From: Candidatus Undinarchaeota archaeon
Lineage (GTDB): Archaea > SpSt-1190 > JASMDC01
NCBI GenBank assembly: GCA_964519305.1
Contig: CAZFHY010000018.1
Location: 24,803-88,802, forward strand
Length of the DNA stretch: 64,000 bases
Direction of reading: 5' to 3'
Positions 42,181 to 51,359 of the stretch are shown piece after piece (the first letter of the stretch is position 1; every line of letters begins with the position of its first letter). The translations under genes and the position numbers were made by a program. The notes under the pieces were generated by a model. The model made no database searches, had not been told where the DNA came from, and saw only the letters and a list, made by a program, of their open reading frames with translations.

Positions 42181-44463
42181 CTAGGCGCAACCGTGTGCGG
42201 CCTTGCACGCGTCCTCGCCATCCCCGTAGCATAGCAGCTCGCAGCCTCGTGCGTGGCCCCATGCGGAGCAGTCGGTCTCGGCAGCGAAGGGTGCGCGGAC
42301 CTCGGAATCAGAGATGCCGCCCCTGTTCTTTAGGAACACCATGCAGTCGCACTTGGTGAGGTCCTTGTCGGCGAGGTACTCTTCCTCGGTGAGCACGCGT
42401 GTGTCACCAGGCATGACGATGCGCGTCGCGAGCACGCCCATCGGGTGCTCGGTCTCGGGCACAGTCTCCCAGTCGCTGTACATCCAGCTCTTGCACGCGT
42501 CGGCAAGTGCGCTGTCAGCTGCTGTGTTACCAACGTCGGCCGCAGCTGCCAGGTCCGCTGCCCGGCCCGTCGGGACCGGGGTGGGCTCGGGCACCTCGGG
42601 AGCGGGCGTGGCCTCACCCTCGGACGGCTCGTCCGGAGCAGGGGTCGCAGCGGGCTCCGCGGTCGCTACCGGGGCCGCACCGGCCTTTTCCAGCTGGGCG
42701 TCGATGACCGAGGCGAAGCTGTCGAACGGCTGGGCACCGGCCAGCATCAGGCCGTTGATGAAGAACGCGGGCGTTCCGGATACACCGTACTCCCTTCCGG
42801 CGGCCATGTCGGCGTCGATCTCGGCCTTCATGGCGTTGTTGTCGAGGCAGGTGTTGAACCGGTCCATATCAAGGCCCAGGTCCTCTGCGTAGCCCTTCAA
42901 CGTGGCGACGGAGACATCGGCCTGGTTGGCGAAGATCTTGTCATGGATCTCCCAGAACTTGCCCTGCTCGTCGGCGCACTCCCCGGCCTCATGGGCCTGT
43001 TGCGCGTCGGGGTGGAGCGCTGCGAGCGGGAAGTCGCGGAAAACGACCCTGACCTGGTCACCGTAAGCATCGACGATCTGGTCGACGGTGTCGGCCCCGC
43101 GCTTGCAGAACGGGCACTGGAAGTCCGTGAACTCGATGATGGTGACGGGCGCGTCCTCGGGACCCTTGCTCGGGTCGTCGTCCACGGACGGCGGTTCGAG
43201 GTACCGGCCGGCACCGGTGGCACCGGGCACGATACTGAGCCACTCGCCCTTGTCCTCCAGCATGTCCTTGAGCTTGGCGTAGTTATGGCTGGTCGTGAGC
43301 TCTTCCTTGGGGAAGAGATAGGACGGGACCACCTTGAGCTTGAGGTCCTTCACCATGGCATCTCCTTCCTCAGACGAGATGTCGACGATCCGGCTGGTCG
43401 CCTTGGGGAACAGCTGTGTCTTGAGGATGTTCAGGATCTGGCTCGGGTCGCACGAGTCGCATTCCTTATCGTTCAGGATCACGATCTCCATGGCAGGGTC
43501 CTCGTCCGTTGGTCGCTGACCTCCGATCATCATGTCTATGGTGTCCCTGAATACCTCGATGGGCTGCGCGCCCTGGATGGCCTCCTCCATGATGCTGCCA
43601 TCCTCGGCCTTGCCTTGGATGAAGAACGCGGGAGTACCGGAAACGCCACGGGACTGGCCTTCTGTGAAGTCCTCCATTATGATGCTCTCTTTGATCCCGC
43701 TGTCGTAGCACTCGTTGAACTCGTCCATGTCGAGGCCCATATTGGTGGCGTATCCCTTGATGTCACTGTCGCCGAGCGCCTTGGAGTTCTCGAAGAGCAC
43801 GTTGTACATATCCTCGAACTTGCCCTGGTCGCGGGCGCACTCGGAGGCTTCTGCGGCCTTCTGTGCGTAGGGATGGAAGCTGAGGGGGAAGTGCTTGAAG
43901 ATGTGCTTGACCTTGCTCCCGTACTCCTTCTTGATCTGCTCGATCGTGGGATGGGCCCTTCCGCAGAATGGGCACTCGAAGTCGGAGAACTCGATGATGG
44001 TCACCAAGGCCGTTCCTTCGTCAACGTCGGGAGCGGGCGTGGGGGCGACCTTCGTCGGTTCAGGAATAGATGTCGGAGTGATAGTGGCTGCCGGAGCTGT
44101 CGCCTGGGGTGCTTTCACGACGGCCGCGATGATCGAGACGTCTACACCGAGGATACCGAGACCCTCGGCCACCTCGGTCTCTGAGAGACCTCGTGCGCGC
44201 ATGTCGTTGGCGAGGTTCTGCACCTGCAGGAGGGAGATCCCTCCATCGGTGGCGACGGGCTGGAGGGCGAGACCTCCGCCCTTGAATCCCAACACGCCGA
44301 TGACGAGGATGACAGCTAGCAGTAGGGACGTGATGATCCACGGGTCCGTGGCCGACTCCCGTCGTGCGAGCGCTTCGTCCATATCGTCGAGCCGTTCCTC
44401 GACGGCAAGGAGCTCCTCCTCGATCTCAGCGATCTCTTTCTTTGTGAACTTCTTTGTAGGCAT
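42181..44463 (-). CDS. membrane-anchored multi-domain DsbA/thioredoxin-fold protein
   Basis: Two DsbA domains (FSDFECPFC, FTDFQCPFC, each with GTPAFF), a CDSC middle domain, N-terminal TM and Cys-rich C-terminus. Confidence 0.88.
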   Translation of the reverse strand: MPTKKFTKKEIAEIEEELLAVEERLDDMDEALARRESATDPWIITSLLLAVILVIGVLGFKGGGLALQPVATDGGISLLQVQNLANDMRARGLSETEVAEGLGILGVDVSIIAAVVKAPQATAPAATITPTSIPEPTKVAPTPAPDVDEGTALVTIIEFSDFECPFCGRAHPTIEQIKKEYGSKVKHIFKHFPLSFHPYAQKAAEASECARDQGKFEDMYNVLFENSKALGDSDIKGYATNMGLDMDEFNECYDSGIKESIIMEDFTEGQSRGVSGTPAFFIQGKAEDGSIMEEAIQGAQPIEVFRDTIDMMIGGQRPTDEDPAMEIVILNDKECDSCDPSQILNILKTQLFPKATSRIVDISSEEGDAMVKDLKLKVVPSYLFPKEELTTSHNYAKLKDMLEDKGEWLSIVPGATGAGRYLEPPSVDDDPSKGPEDAPVTIIEFTDFQCPFCKRGADTVDQIVDAYGDQVRVVFRDFPLAALHPDAQQAHEAGECADEQGKFWEIHDKIFANQADVSVATLKGYAEDLGLDMDRFNTCLDNNAMKAEIDADMAAGREYGVSGTPAFFINGLMLAGAQPFDSFASVIDAQLEKAGAAPVATAEPAATPAPDEPSEGEATPAPEVPEPTPVPTGRAADLAAAADVGNTAADSALADACKSWMYSDWETVPETEHPMGVLATRIVMPGDTRVLTEEEYLADKDLTKCDCMVFLKNRGGISDSEVRAPFAAETDCSAWGHARGCELLCYGDGEDACKAAHGCA

Positions 44464-44652
44464 GAGCGTTCCCGTGGCCCGGTCGAGGACGAAGGTTTAA
44501 AGGTGTTTCGACAAGGTGCCAGCACGGGTACCCGTTAACCGAACATAGGGGGGTTGGTCGATGGGATATGTCGATAATACCGCCTGATCCTCGCACGGCT
44601 CCCGTTCAATTGAACTAGATGACGTGTGGACGGCCCACTTGCCCCCAGACCC

Positions 44653-45603
44653 TTACTTTTCGGTCCAGTGGATGTAGGGGTCAAGGTAGTCCCGGGGCTT
44701 ACTGCCGGAGAGGTTGAACCGCTCGACCTTACCGAACCCGTCGCTGCGCACGTCCACCAGACCGTAATCGCCGGCTGACACCGGTCCAGGATTGAAATGG
44801 AACTCGCGGAGCCATCGTCCCGTGGAGAGGTCCTTGCCTGACCAGTCCACACACCCGGCCGCCTCGTGGATGTCACCCGCCACGACCTGCTTGATGCCGA
44901 GGTCGAAAAGCACGTGGGCGAGCTCGGGATTCCCCGTATGCTCGAGGAGCGGTTGCGCGAGCCATCGGCGGACCAGCGTCTCGGCCAACGGTCCCACGAC
45001 CTTGGTCCCTGCGTGGAAGATGTGGCCTTCAACTTCGACGTCCTCGGAGCACACTGCTCGTAGTGCAACGTCGATGGCATGGACGCCAGGGAGCTGCGGT
45101 GGATTGTGGACCATGACCAAGGCCCTTCGTGGGTTCTGTACCAGGCTCTTGAGGTCAGCGGGATCGGAGACCCAGAAGCGCCGGTCACCACCCTGGTAGA
45201 GTCCCGTCGCGGTCCCCGCACGCACACGGAACCCGCTAGCGTAGTACTTGGAGCCGGGGAGGAACGCCAGTTCCATGCCCTTGGCAGTGAACGTACGATC
45301 GAACGTGCTGGCATCGCATAGGTTCGAGTGCTCCTTCTGTGCTTCTGCGAACGCGGCCTTGTAGGGCGCGTACTCCTCGTAGTTGCCAGGGATGACGAAC
45401 ACGGTGCCCGGGAACGCGCTGAGGTTCTCAAGTCCGTCCAGGATCTGCCGGTGCTGGACCGCCTCGGACCCGCCCATGTGTCCCGGGAGGTCGCCCAGGT
45501 ACGCAAGAACGTCGCAGTCGCGATCGTCCAGGGCCAGGGCCGCTTCTCGCTCGTGCCCTGACGCATGTGAATCCGTGACGATGCCGATCCTTAGCGACAC
45601 CAT
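44653..45603 (-). CDS. calcineurin-like metallophosphoesterase
   Basis: TDSH, LGDL, PGNYE, VHNPP, GDIHE and NPG motifs. Confidence 0.85.
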   Translation of the reverse strand: MVSLRIGIVTDSHASGHEREAALALDDRDCDVLAYLGDLPGHMGGSEAVQHRQILDGLENLSAFPGTVFVIPGNYEEYAPYKAAFAEAQKEHSNLCDASTFDRTFTAKGMELAFLPGSKYYASGFRVRAGTATGLYQGGDRRFWVSDPADLKSLVQNPRRALVMVHNPPQLPGVHAIDVALRAVCSEDVEVEGHIFHAGTKVVGPLAETLVRRWLAQPLLEHTGNPELAHVLFDLGIKQVVAGDIHEAAGCVDWSGKDLSTGRWLREFHFNPGPVSAGDYGLVDVRSDGFGKVERFNLSGSKPRDYLDPYIHWTEK

Positions 45604-45666
45604 GACAGTGCCCTCAACGGACGTATATGATAAAAGCTTGGCGTTCTGGCCGGGTGCCGGGAGCTC

Positions 45667-47259
45667 TCAGTTCTCCTCGAGCCACAGGTCCACGGCAATG
45701 CTTACGAGCGCGGACTGACGGTAGAGCCTTGCCATTTCCACCAATGGATCACCCTGTTTGAGGTAAGAGGCGAGATGGTGACGCTCGGTGAAGGCTGAAT
45801 ATATCCGCGAAGAGTCGACGGCCTGGGACCCGTCGGGGTTCAACCGGGCACCGGACACGATGAACACACCGCGAAGCTCGTTGTAGAGGCCCATGACGCG
45901 CTCGAAGCTCTCAGCGGTCTGGGCCACGCGCGGGGCATCGGGGAGCGGCACGCCATCGGAAGTGACCACCGTGTCGTACAGCGCTGCAAGGCCTCGGAGC
46001 GCCTTACGGTTGGCCCGGAAGAAGGCGGCCACGCGCTGCGCGATGCGGGGATCGTAGGGCATGCGGGCCAGCCTGCCCACCGAGCCGAGAGGGACGCCCA
46101 TGCCCACGCGCGGTGTGCAGTCATGGACGCGCGGGACACCGTCCCAATCGTCCATTAGCTCGCCGTGGACCGCCTCCTGTAGCAGGATGCGTGAGAACGT
46201 GTCGGGAAGCACACGGTCGGGGAACTCACGCAGCTGGTAGAGGTTGAAGAGGGCCCGGGCGTGCTCGCACGCCTCCGGGTCCGGTGGGGCGAAGTACACG
46301 CCCTTGCCCGAGCCGGCCATGCCGTTCTTGAACACGAGAAGGTCGATGCCCTCGTCACCGCCCCAACTATCCACCACCTTGTCAAGGCGGGAGTGGTCCA
46401 CCGTCGCGGACCGGGGCATGGCGATGGGGAGGCCTGTTTCACGGGAGAACCGGGCTACGATCTCCATGACCTCCCACTTACGGTCGGCCAGGGACTCGCA
46501 CCTGCGTTCGGGGAAGAGCACACCGCTCTCGCCCTTTTTAGGCGCGGGGGGCAGCGGGCCACCGAACACAGCGCACACGTCGTACACCTTCCCGTCCAGC
46601 TCAAATCCGTGCTCGGCGGGATAGAAGTCGGGCGGGTCCATGGTCAGGGCGACGTCAGGGAACAGTCCCATCGCCAGAGCGAGCCGTGCGATGTTCACCG
46701 TCTCGAACCCGAGGTCGTCGCGGTGACGTCCGTGGACGAGGAGGATGTTGCGCGGGGGGCGGTCGTTCTGTGTCTTGAAACGCTTCCAGAGCGTGAGGAG
46801 AAGGGCACGGGCCTGGTCCTCCATGGGGCCCTTATGCATACAGCTCCATCCCTGGGCCTTGTTGTTGAAATCGCCCTTGAACAGCCAGCGACCGTTGCTG
46901 TGGATATGGTCTAGCCTGACGTTCATGGCATGGGCGAACGGCAGCTGGTCGCCCTCGAGCGCGCCTACGGTGGCTTCCAGGCTATCGTTCCTCAGGAACG
47001 CCCGATAGAACGATTCGTACCGCTCCACGCGGGAGCCGAGGGAGGGTAGCTCGTCCAGCACAGCTGTCACTGCCACTCGTGAAGTGTCCATCTCCGCCCG
47101 GGCCACATCGAACTCATCACCCTTGGCCGCGGAGCGCATGACACGCCAGGTCTCCGCCATGGACCAGAAATGGTCGGCGTCCTTGGATAGCTGTGAGCAG
47201 AACTGTGCTGGTACGTCAAGGCTCAGTCCTTCTAGACTCGAACAGACAGGTCGCTCCAT
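45667..47259 (-). CDS. divergent circularly permuted ATP-grasp ligase (GSH synthetase/GspS-like order)
   Basis: N-terminal 'VRLD...DFN', later 'FKNGMAGSGKGVYF' and 'LLQEAV'; TATA spacing favours the ATG at 47259. Confidence 0.5.
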   Translation of the reverse strand: MERPVCSSLEGLSLDVPAQFCSQLSKDADHFWSMAETWRVMRSAAKGDEFDVARAEMDTSRVAVTAVLDELPSLGSRVERYESFYRAFLRNDSLEATVGALEGDQLPFAHAMNVRLDHIHSNGRWLFKGDFNNKAQGWSCMHKGPMEDQARALLLTLWKRFKTQNDRPPRNILLVHGRHRDDLGFETVNIARLALAMGLFPDVALTMDPPDFYPAEHGFELDGKVYDVCAVFGGPLPPAPKKGESGVLFPERRCESLADRKWEVMEIVARFSRETGLPIAMPRSATVDHSRLDKVVDSWGGDEGIDLLVFKNGMAGSGKGVYFAPPDPEACEHARALFNLYQLREFPDRVLPDTFSRILLQEAVHGELMDDWDGVPRVHDCTPRVGMGVPLGSVGRLARMPYDPRIAQRVAAFFRANRKALRGLAALYDTVVTSDGVPLPDAPRVAQTAESFERVMGLYNELRGVFIVSGARLNPDGSQAVDSSRIYSAFTERHHLASYLKQGDPLVEMARLYRQSALVSIAVDLWLEEN

Positions 47260-47310
47260 GGGCGCCAGCACGGACGCCATATTGCTTTATATGGGTAGCG
47301 TCAGCGTCCG

Positions 47311-47448
47311 AAAGAAGGAAAAAAGGTCGGGGGCCCAGCGATGCCAAGCCCCCGGGGGAAGGAATCCAAAAGAGCATGATATGGTATGGAAGGTCACTGG
47401 TCTTTTTCTCAACGATGATGGACCGCTTCACGCGGTCCGGGTCTCACA
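47311..47448 (-). ncRNA. candidate small RNA, copy 1
   Basis: Own BRE/TATA (GGGAAACCTTAATAA, 47473-47487); 5' hairpin GGACCGC/GCGGTCC; core ATGCTCTTTTGGATTCCTTCCCCC, GC stem and U-tract. 5' end inferred. Confidence 0.5.
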
Positions 47449-47502
47449 CTGTCTCTAGAATAGCATAGCTGATTATTAAGGTTTCCCTTTAGCGTCGGCG
47501 AC

Positions 47503-50500
47503 CTACTTGCGCAGCTCCTCTTCAATGAGCCGTCGCTGTACAGCGACCGAGACCTGGTTCACGAAGGTCTCGACCAGGTCGGCGTCCTTGAGCGTGTTAT
47601 CTCCCCTGAGCACGAACGTGACCGAGCCGAACAGCCGGTCCTCACGGACCAATCCCATCCCGTACATCTGGCCCATGTTGATGAGCTTCTCGATCTTGGT
47701 GCACACCTGCTTCGGGACAGACTCGCAGGAGAGCTCATGCAGACCACCTTCTATGATCTGTAGCGTTCCCTCCTTCAACCCATCCCTCGCGGAGGGGATA
47801 ATGGGGATGATCATCCCTTCCGGTTCGCGCCCGAGGAGCTCGGTCAGCTTGCGAGCCTTCTTTCCTAGCCCGAGAGCCACTCGGCAGGTGAAGCTCTCGC
47901 TCTCGTCGTCGTACGAGTTGATGAACACGACGCTGTCGCCTACAAGCTCGTTGAGCTGTTCACCGATGTACCTCCAGATGTCGTCCTCGGGACCGAGCTG
48001 CACGAAGCCCATGGCCGTCCGCGAGAGGAACTCGAGACCGTTCTTGGCGTCCTCGAGCTCAGCAGTCCGCTCCTTGACGACGTTCTCCAGGGTCCTGCGG
48101 AAGTCATGGAGCTCCTTCTCGATGATCTTCCGCTCGGTGATGTCCCTCAGGCTCGAGATCTCCCCGACTACCTTACCATCCTTCCGGACAGAGGACGCGG
48201 AGATCTCCACAGTGAGCCTCGTGCCCTTCTTGGTCTTGATGTCCACCTCATAGGGCGGAATATTCTTACCCAGCATTCTCTTCTTGAAGTTGGCGACGAT
48301 GCGGGCGAGGCTCGTCGGAGGGAAAATGCCTAGGTCTTGGATCCGTTTTCCGATGAGGTCTTCTTCGGTGAATCCGGAGATGTCGGTCACGGCCTTATTC
48401 ATTCTGATGAGCTTGCCCGTGGAGTCGAGCAGTACCAGCGCGTCTATTGTGCTTTCGAAGATGGAAGTGAGCTGGTGTTCGTTCTCTTTTAAAGCTTCCT
48501 CGGCCTTCTTGCGTTCTATAACGTTCCCCAGGAGCTTCGCGATAGCATTGATTAGCTTCCGCTCCTCTGTAAGGAATGAACCCTCATCGAGATAGGGCAT
48601 CTTCTTGAGATAGTGTACTTCGACGAGACCGCCCTTCTTACCAGAGATAATTATGTCGGCAGACTGCATCCACCTGCTCTTCTTGTAGTTCTTGGTGGTG
48701 AATTCCTGCCCCCCTAGCACGATGCGTGCACAGGTGATGTCGGGATACTGCCAGGCAGGCGGGAGCACTTCAACGACCATCTGGAGTAATTCGTGCAACG
48801 TTAAGTCTGCCCTGCTGAATAACTGCGTGATCGTGTAGAGACCGGTCTGCTCCTTGACGCGCTCACCCAGATCGTGCAAGCGCTGCTCCAGTTCTTCCTC
48901 GGCCTTTTTTCGCTCGGTGATGTCCCGCACATAGATGTTGACGTACCCTGCCTTGGGCACCGGAGCGAATTCGAATGAATAGGTCTTATCACTATAAACG
49001 AAATCCTCAGAGATCGTCTTGTTCTTCTTGAGAGACGTCTCTACGAGCTCGTACCATCGCTCGCACAGTGTCCGTTTCCCGACCTTGCATCCGCATATAT
49101 TGAAAAGGGCCTTGCTCGCATCGTTCGCATATAGGAGCACCCCCCCCTTTGCTATCCGCATCACCGGATTGGGGTTCTCTGATGGGAAGCGCGAGAGGTT
49201 CCGGATCTCCTCCTCGGCCTTCTTGCGCTCGGTGATGTCCTGCGCATAGACATTGACGTAACCTGCCTTGGGCACCGGAGCGAACACGAATGAGAATGTA
49301 GTGGTACCGTACACCATGTCAAGTGTCATGGTCTTATTCTTTTGGAGGCACTCCTTCGAGGACTGGATCCATTCCTTGCACTTCACCGGTCGACCGACCA
49401 CACCCCCGCATAGCTCCAGCAGGGGGCTAGCACCATCGTTCGCATAGATAAGCGTGCATTCCTTGGAAATGCGCAGAACGGGATTGGGATTTTCTGATGG
49501 GAAGCGCGATAGGTTCCTGATCTTCTCCTCCGCCCTCCGACGCTCGGACACGTCGCGCATGATGTTCACGGTCCCCGTGATCCGGTCACCTTTCCTGACG
49601 AACCTCGTCCCTACCTCGAGCGTGATGGTAGAGCCGTCCTTGCAGGTTATGTCAACGTCATTGAACTCGTCGAGCTCGCCCGTCTCGATGGCCTTCTTGA
49701 AGAGCGTGGCAAGTCGGGGCAGGTCGGTCGCTCTCAGGGCCCCCAGCTTAAGGAAGCTCCTCCCGATGACCTCCTCGGGATCGTATCCCGTCAGATCCTT
49801 GAGACGGTCGTTGACATCTACGACAAGACCGCTCGTATCAACGAATAGAACGATGTCGTTGGAGTTCTCGAAGATGGTGCGGAACTTCTCCTCTGAATCA
49901 CGCACCCGTTGCTCGCTCTTCGTCCGCTCGGTGATGTCGTGGGCGATGGTGAACGTGTAGCTCTCGCTCCCGACCTCGAGTTTACGCACTGTCGTCTCCA
50001 GTGTGACATAGTTACCGCGGAGCGTCTTGATGCGGTACTCAAGGTCAGTGATCTCGCTCTCTCCCATGCGCCAGGAGCGCCACGCGTCACGTACCGTCGT
50101 CTGGTCGTTTGGATGGATCAGCTCGGCAGGGTTCTCGAGCATCTCGGGCTTGTAGCCCAGCACCTGCTCCCACATGGGGTTGGCCCACGTGACCTTTCCG
50201 TTCTCGTCAGCTATGCTGATGAGGTCGTGGGCGTTGTCGAACATCACCTTGAAACGCTCCTCGCTCATCTTCATATCGCGGAACAGGAGCTCGTATGGTC
50301 TGCGGAGCCCGGTCTCGACGATGGCCTTGTAGATTAAGTAGAAGGACACGAGCTTTAGGAGGTGGCCGACGAGGTTGGCAGGGCCGTAGGGATCGGAGTA
50401 CAGGGTGAACGCCAGCTCCTCGGCAACGGTCACTAGTAAGGCCGCAACGAGGAGTCGGTACACGTCCTGCTCAAACGTGAACCGTCGTTTCCGGAGCGTG

Positions 50501-51051
50501 AGCACAGCACCGATAAGGACCGTGCAGATGACGTACTCAGAATAGACCTTGAAGGGTGTGAGCCCCTGTCCTTCCACGAAACAGTCGGGGAACACGCCCC
50601 AGACGAAGATCGAAGTTAGCAGAAGGCCGGTGACAACAGCGTACCCGGCGAACAGAGCTCGTGGGTAGGACGACCTCCCGATGGACCGGGCGGCCACGAA
50701 TATGGAGACGGCCTCGAGGTACCGGGCAGCGATCCACAGCTGGGTGGGAAGGTTGGCACCTGCGTCAGGGAACACGCCCATGCCCTTGTAGGCGAGGGTG
50801 TGGACCATGTCCAGACCACCGACGAAGAGGTAGGCGGTCCCGAGTAAGAGCATGAACGAGTTCTCGGATATGGAACGGGTGTTCCAGGCGACCATGAAGA
50901 TGCCCGCCGCAACAGCGATGGAGAACATCTCGGTCAGGCTGTGGAAGAGGAGGTAGTTCTGTGTCCCCAGAATGTAAAGCCCAGTGAGCACGGCGAGCCA
51001 GAGTACATGCTCAAGGCTAGGCCTGAACATGACATCGTCCTCTGCTGCCAC
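47503..51051 (-). CDS. MASE3 + multi-PAS + GAF membrane sensor with no kinase/output domain
   Basis: MASE3 signature 'NYLLFHSLTEMFSI...HTLAYKGMGVF...NLPTQLWIAARY'; PAS repeats; ends after the last GAF. Confidence 0.88.
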   Translation of the reverse strand: MAAEDDVMFRPSLEHVLWLAVLTGLYILGTQNYLLFHSLTEMFSIAVAAGIFMVAWNTRSISENSFMLLLGTAYLFVGGLDMVHTLAYKGMGVFPDAGANLPTQLWIAARYLEAVSIFVAARSIGRSSYPRALFAGYAVVTGLLLTSIFVWGVFPDCFVEGQGLTPFKVYSEYVICTVLIGAVLTLRKRRFTFEQDVYRLLVAALLVTVAEELAFTLYSDPYGPANLVGHLLKLVSFYLIYKAIVETGLRRPYELLFRDMKMSEERFKVMFDNAHDLISIADENGKVTWANPMWEQVLGYKPEMLENPAELIHPNDQTTVRDAWRSWRMGESEITDLEYRIKTLRGNYVTLETTVRKLEVGSESYTFTIAHDITERTKSEQRVRDSEEKFRTIFENSNDIVLFVDTSGLVVDVNDRLKDLTGYDPEEVIGRSFLKLGALRATDLPRLATLFKKAIETGELDEFNDVDITCKDGSTITLEVGTRFVRKGDRITGTVNIMRDVSERRRAEEKIRNLSRFPSENPNPVLRISKECTLIYANDGASPLLELCGGVVGRPVKCKEWIQSSKECLQKNKTMTLDMVYGTTTFSFVFAPVPKAGYVNVYAQDITERKKAEEEIRNLSRFPSENPNPVMRIAKGGVLLYANDASKALFNICGCKVGKRTLCERWYELVETSLKKNKTISEDFVYSDKTYSFEFAPVPKAGYVNIYVRDITERKKAEEELEQRLHDLGERVKEQTGLYTITQLFSRADLTLHELLQMVVEVLPPAWQYPDITCARIVLGGQEFTTKNYKKSRWMQSADIIISGKKGGLVEVHYLKKMPYLDEGSFLTEERKLINAIAKLLGNVIERKKAEEALKENEHQLTSIFESTIDALVLLDSTGKLIRMNKAVTDISGFTEEDLIGKRIQDLGIFPPTSLARIVANFKKRMLGKNIPPYEVDIKTKKGTRLTVEISASSVRKDGKVVGEISSLRDITERKIIEKELHDFRRTLENVVKERTAELEDAKNGLEFLSRTAMGFVQLGPEDDIWRYIGEQLNELVGDSVVFINSYDDESESFTCRVALGLGKKARKLTELLGREPEGMIIPIIPSARDGLKEGTLQIIEGGLHELSCESVPKQVCTKIEKLINMGQMYGMGLVREDRLFGSVTFVLRGDNTLKDADLVETFVNQVSVAVQRRLIEEELRK
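48895..49530 (-). repeat. tandem internal duplication of a PAS-like module
   Basis: 'IRNLSRFPSENPNPV...FAPVPKAGYVN.Y..DITERKKAEEE' occurs twice; near-identical DNA at 48911-48969 and 49226-49284. Confidence 0.8.
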
Positions 51052-51359
51052 CGCACTACAATTCGGGAGGAGCTTTAAAAATTGTTCAGTCTATCTTGCG
51101 CTGACACGGCACCCCGTTCCATCTAAGACCTTCTCCCGGATTCGTGTTTGGTCAGCAGTGAGCGATCCTCAGCTCTGGCCCTCTATCGGTGTGGACAGTC
51201 CGATGCCTCCCTTCCAGATATCGTAGGCGAGCAGTTCCACGGGCGTCCGCGTGGCGCGCATCTTCACGATGTCCATGGCACGCTCCCGGCGAGCATAGGT
51301 TTAAGAGCAGTGCGTCTATGGTCGATCTCGGTCTCTCAGGCCGGGAAGTACGTAACATC

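Noticed and set aside
42445-44184. 579-aa plus-strand ORF, and similar long antisense ORFs over pgk, gyrB, fba and the VWA gene
   Set aside because: Shadow frames opposite well-supported genes.
47216-47431. 71-aa ORF over sRNA copy 1, and a 44-codon ORF over copy 2
   Set aside because: The shared nucleotide block has an indel that shifts the frame between copies, and conservation follows base pairing rather than codons.
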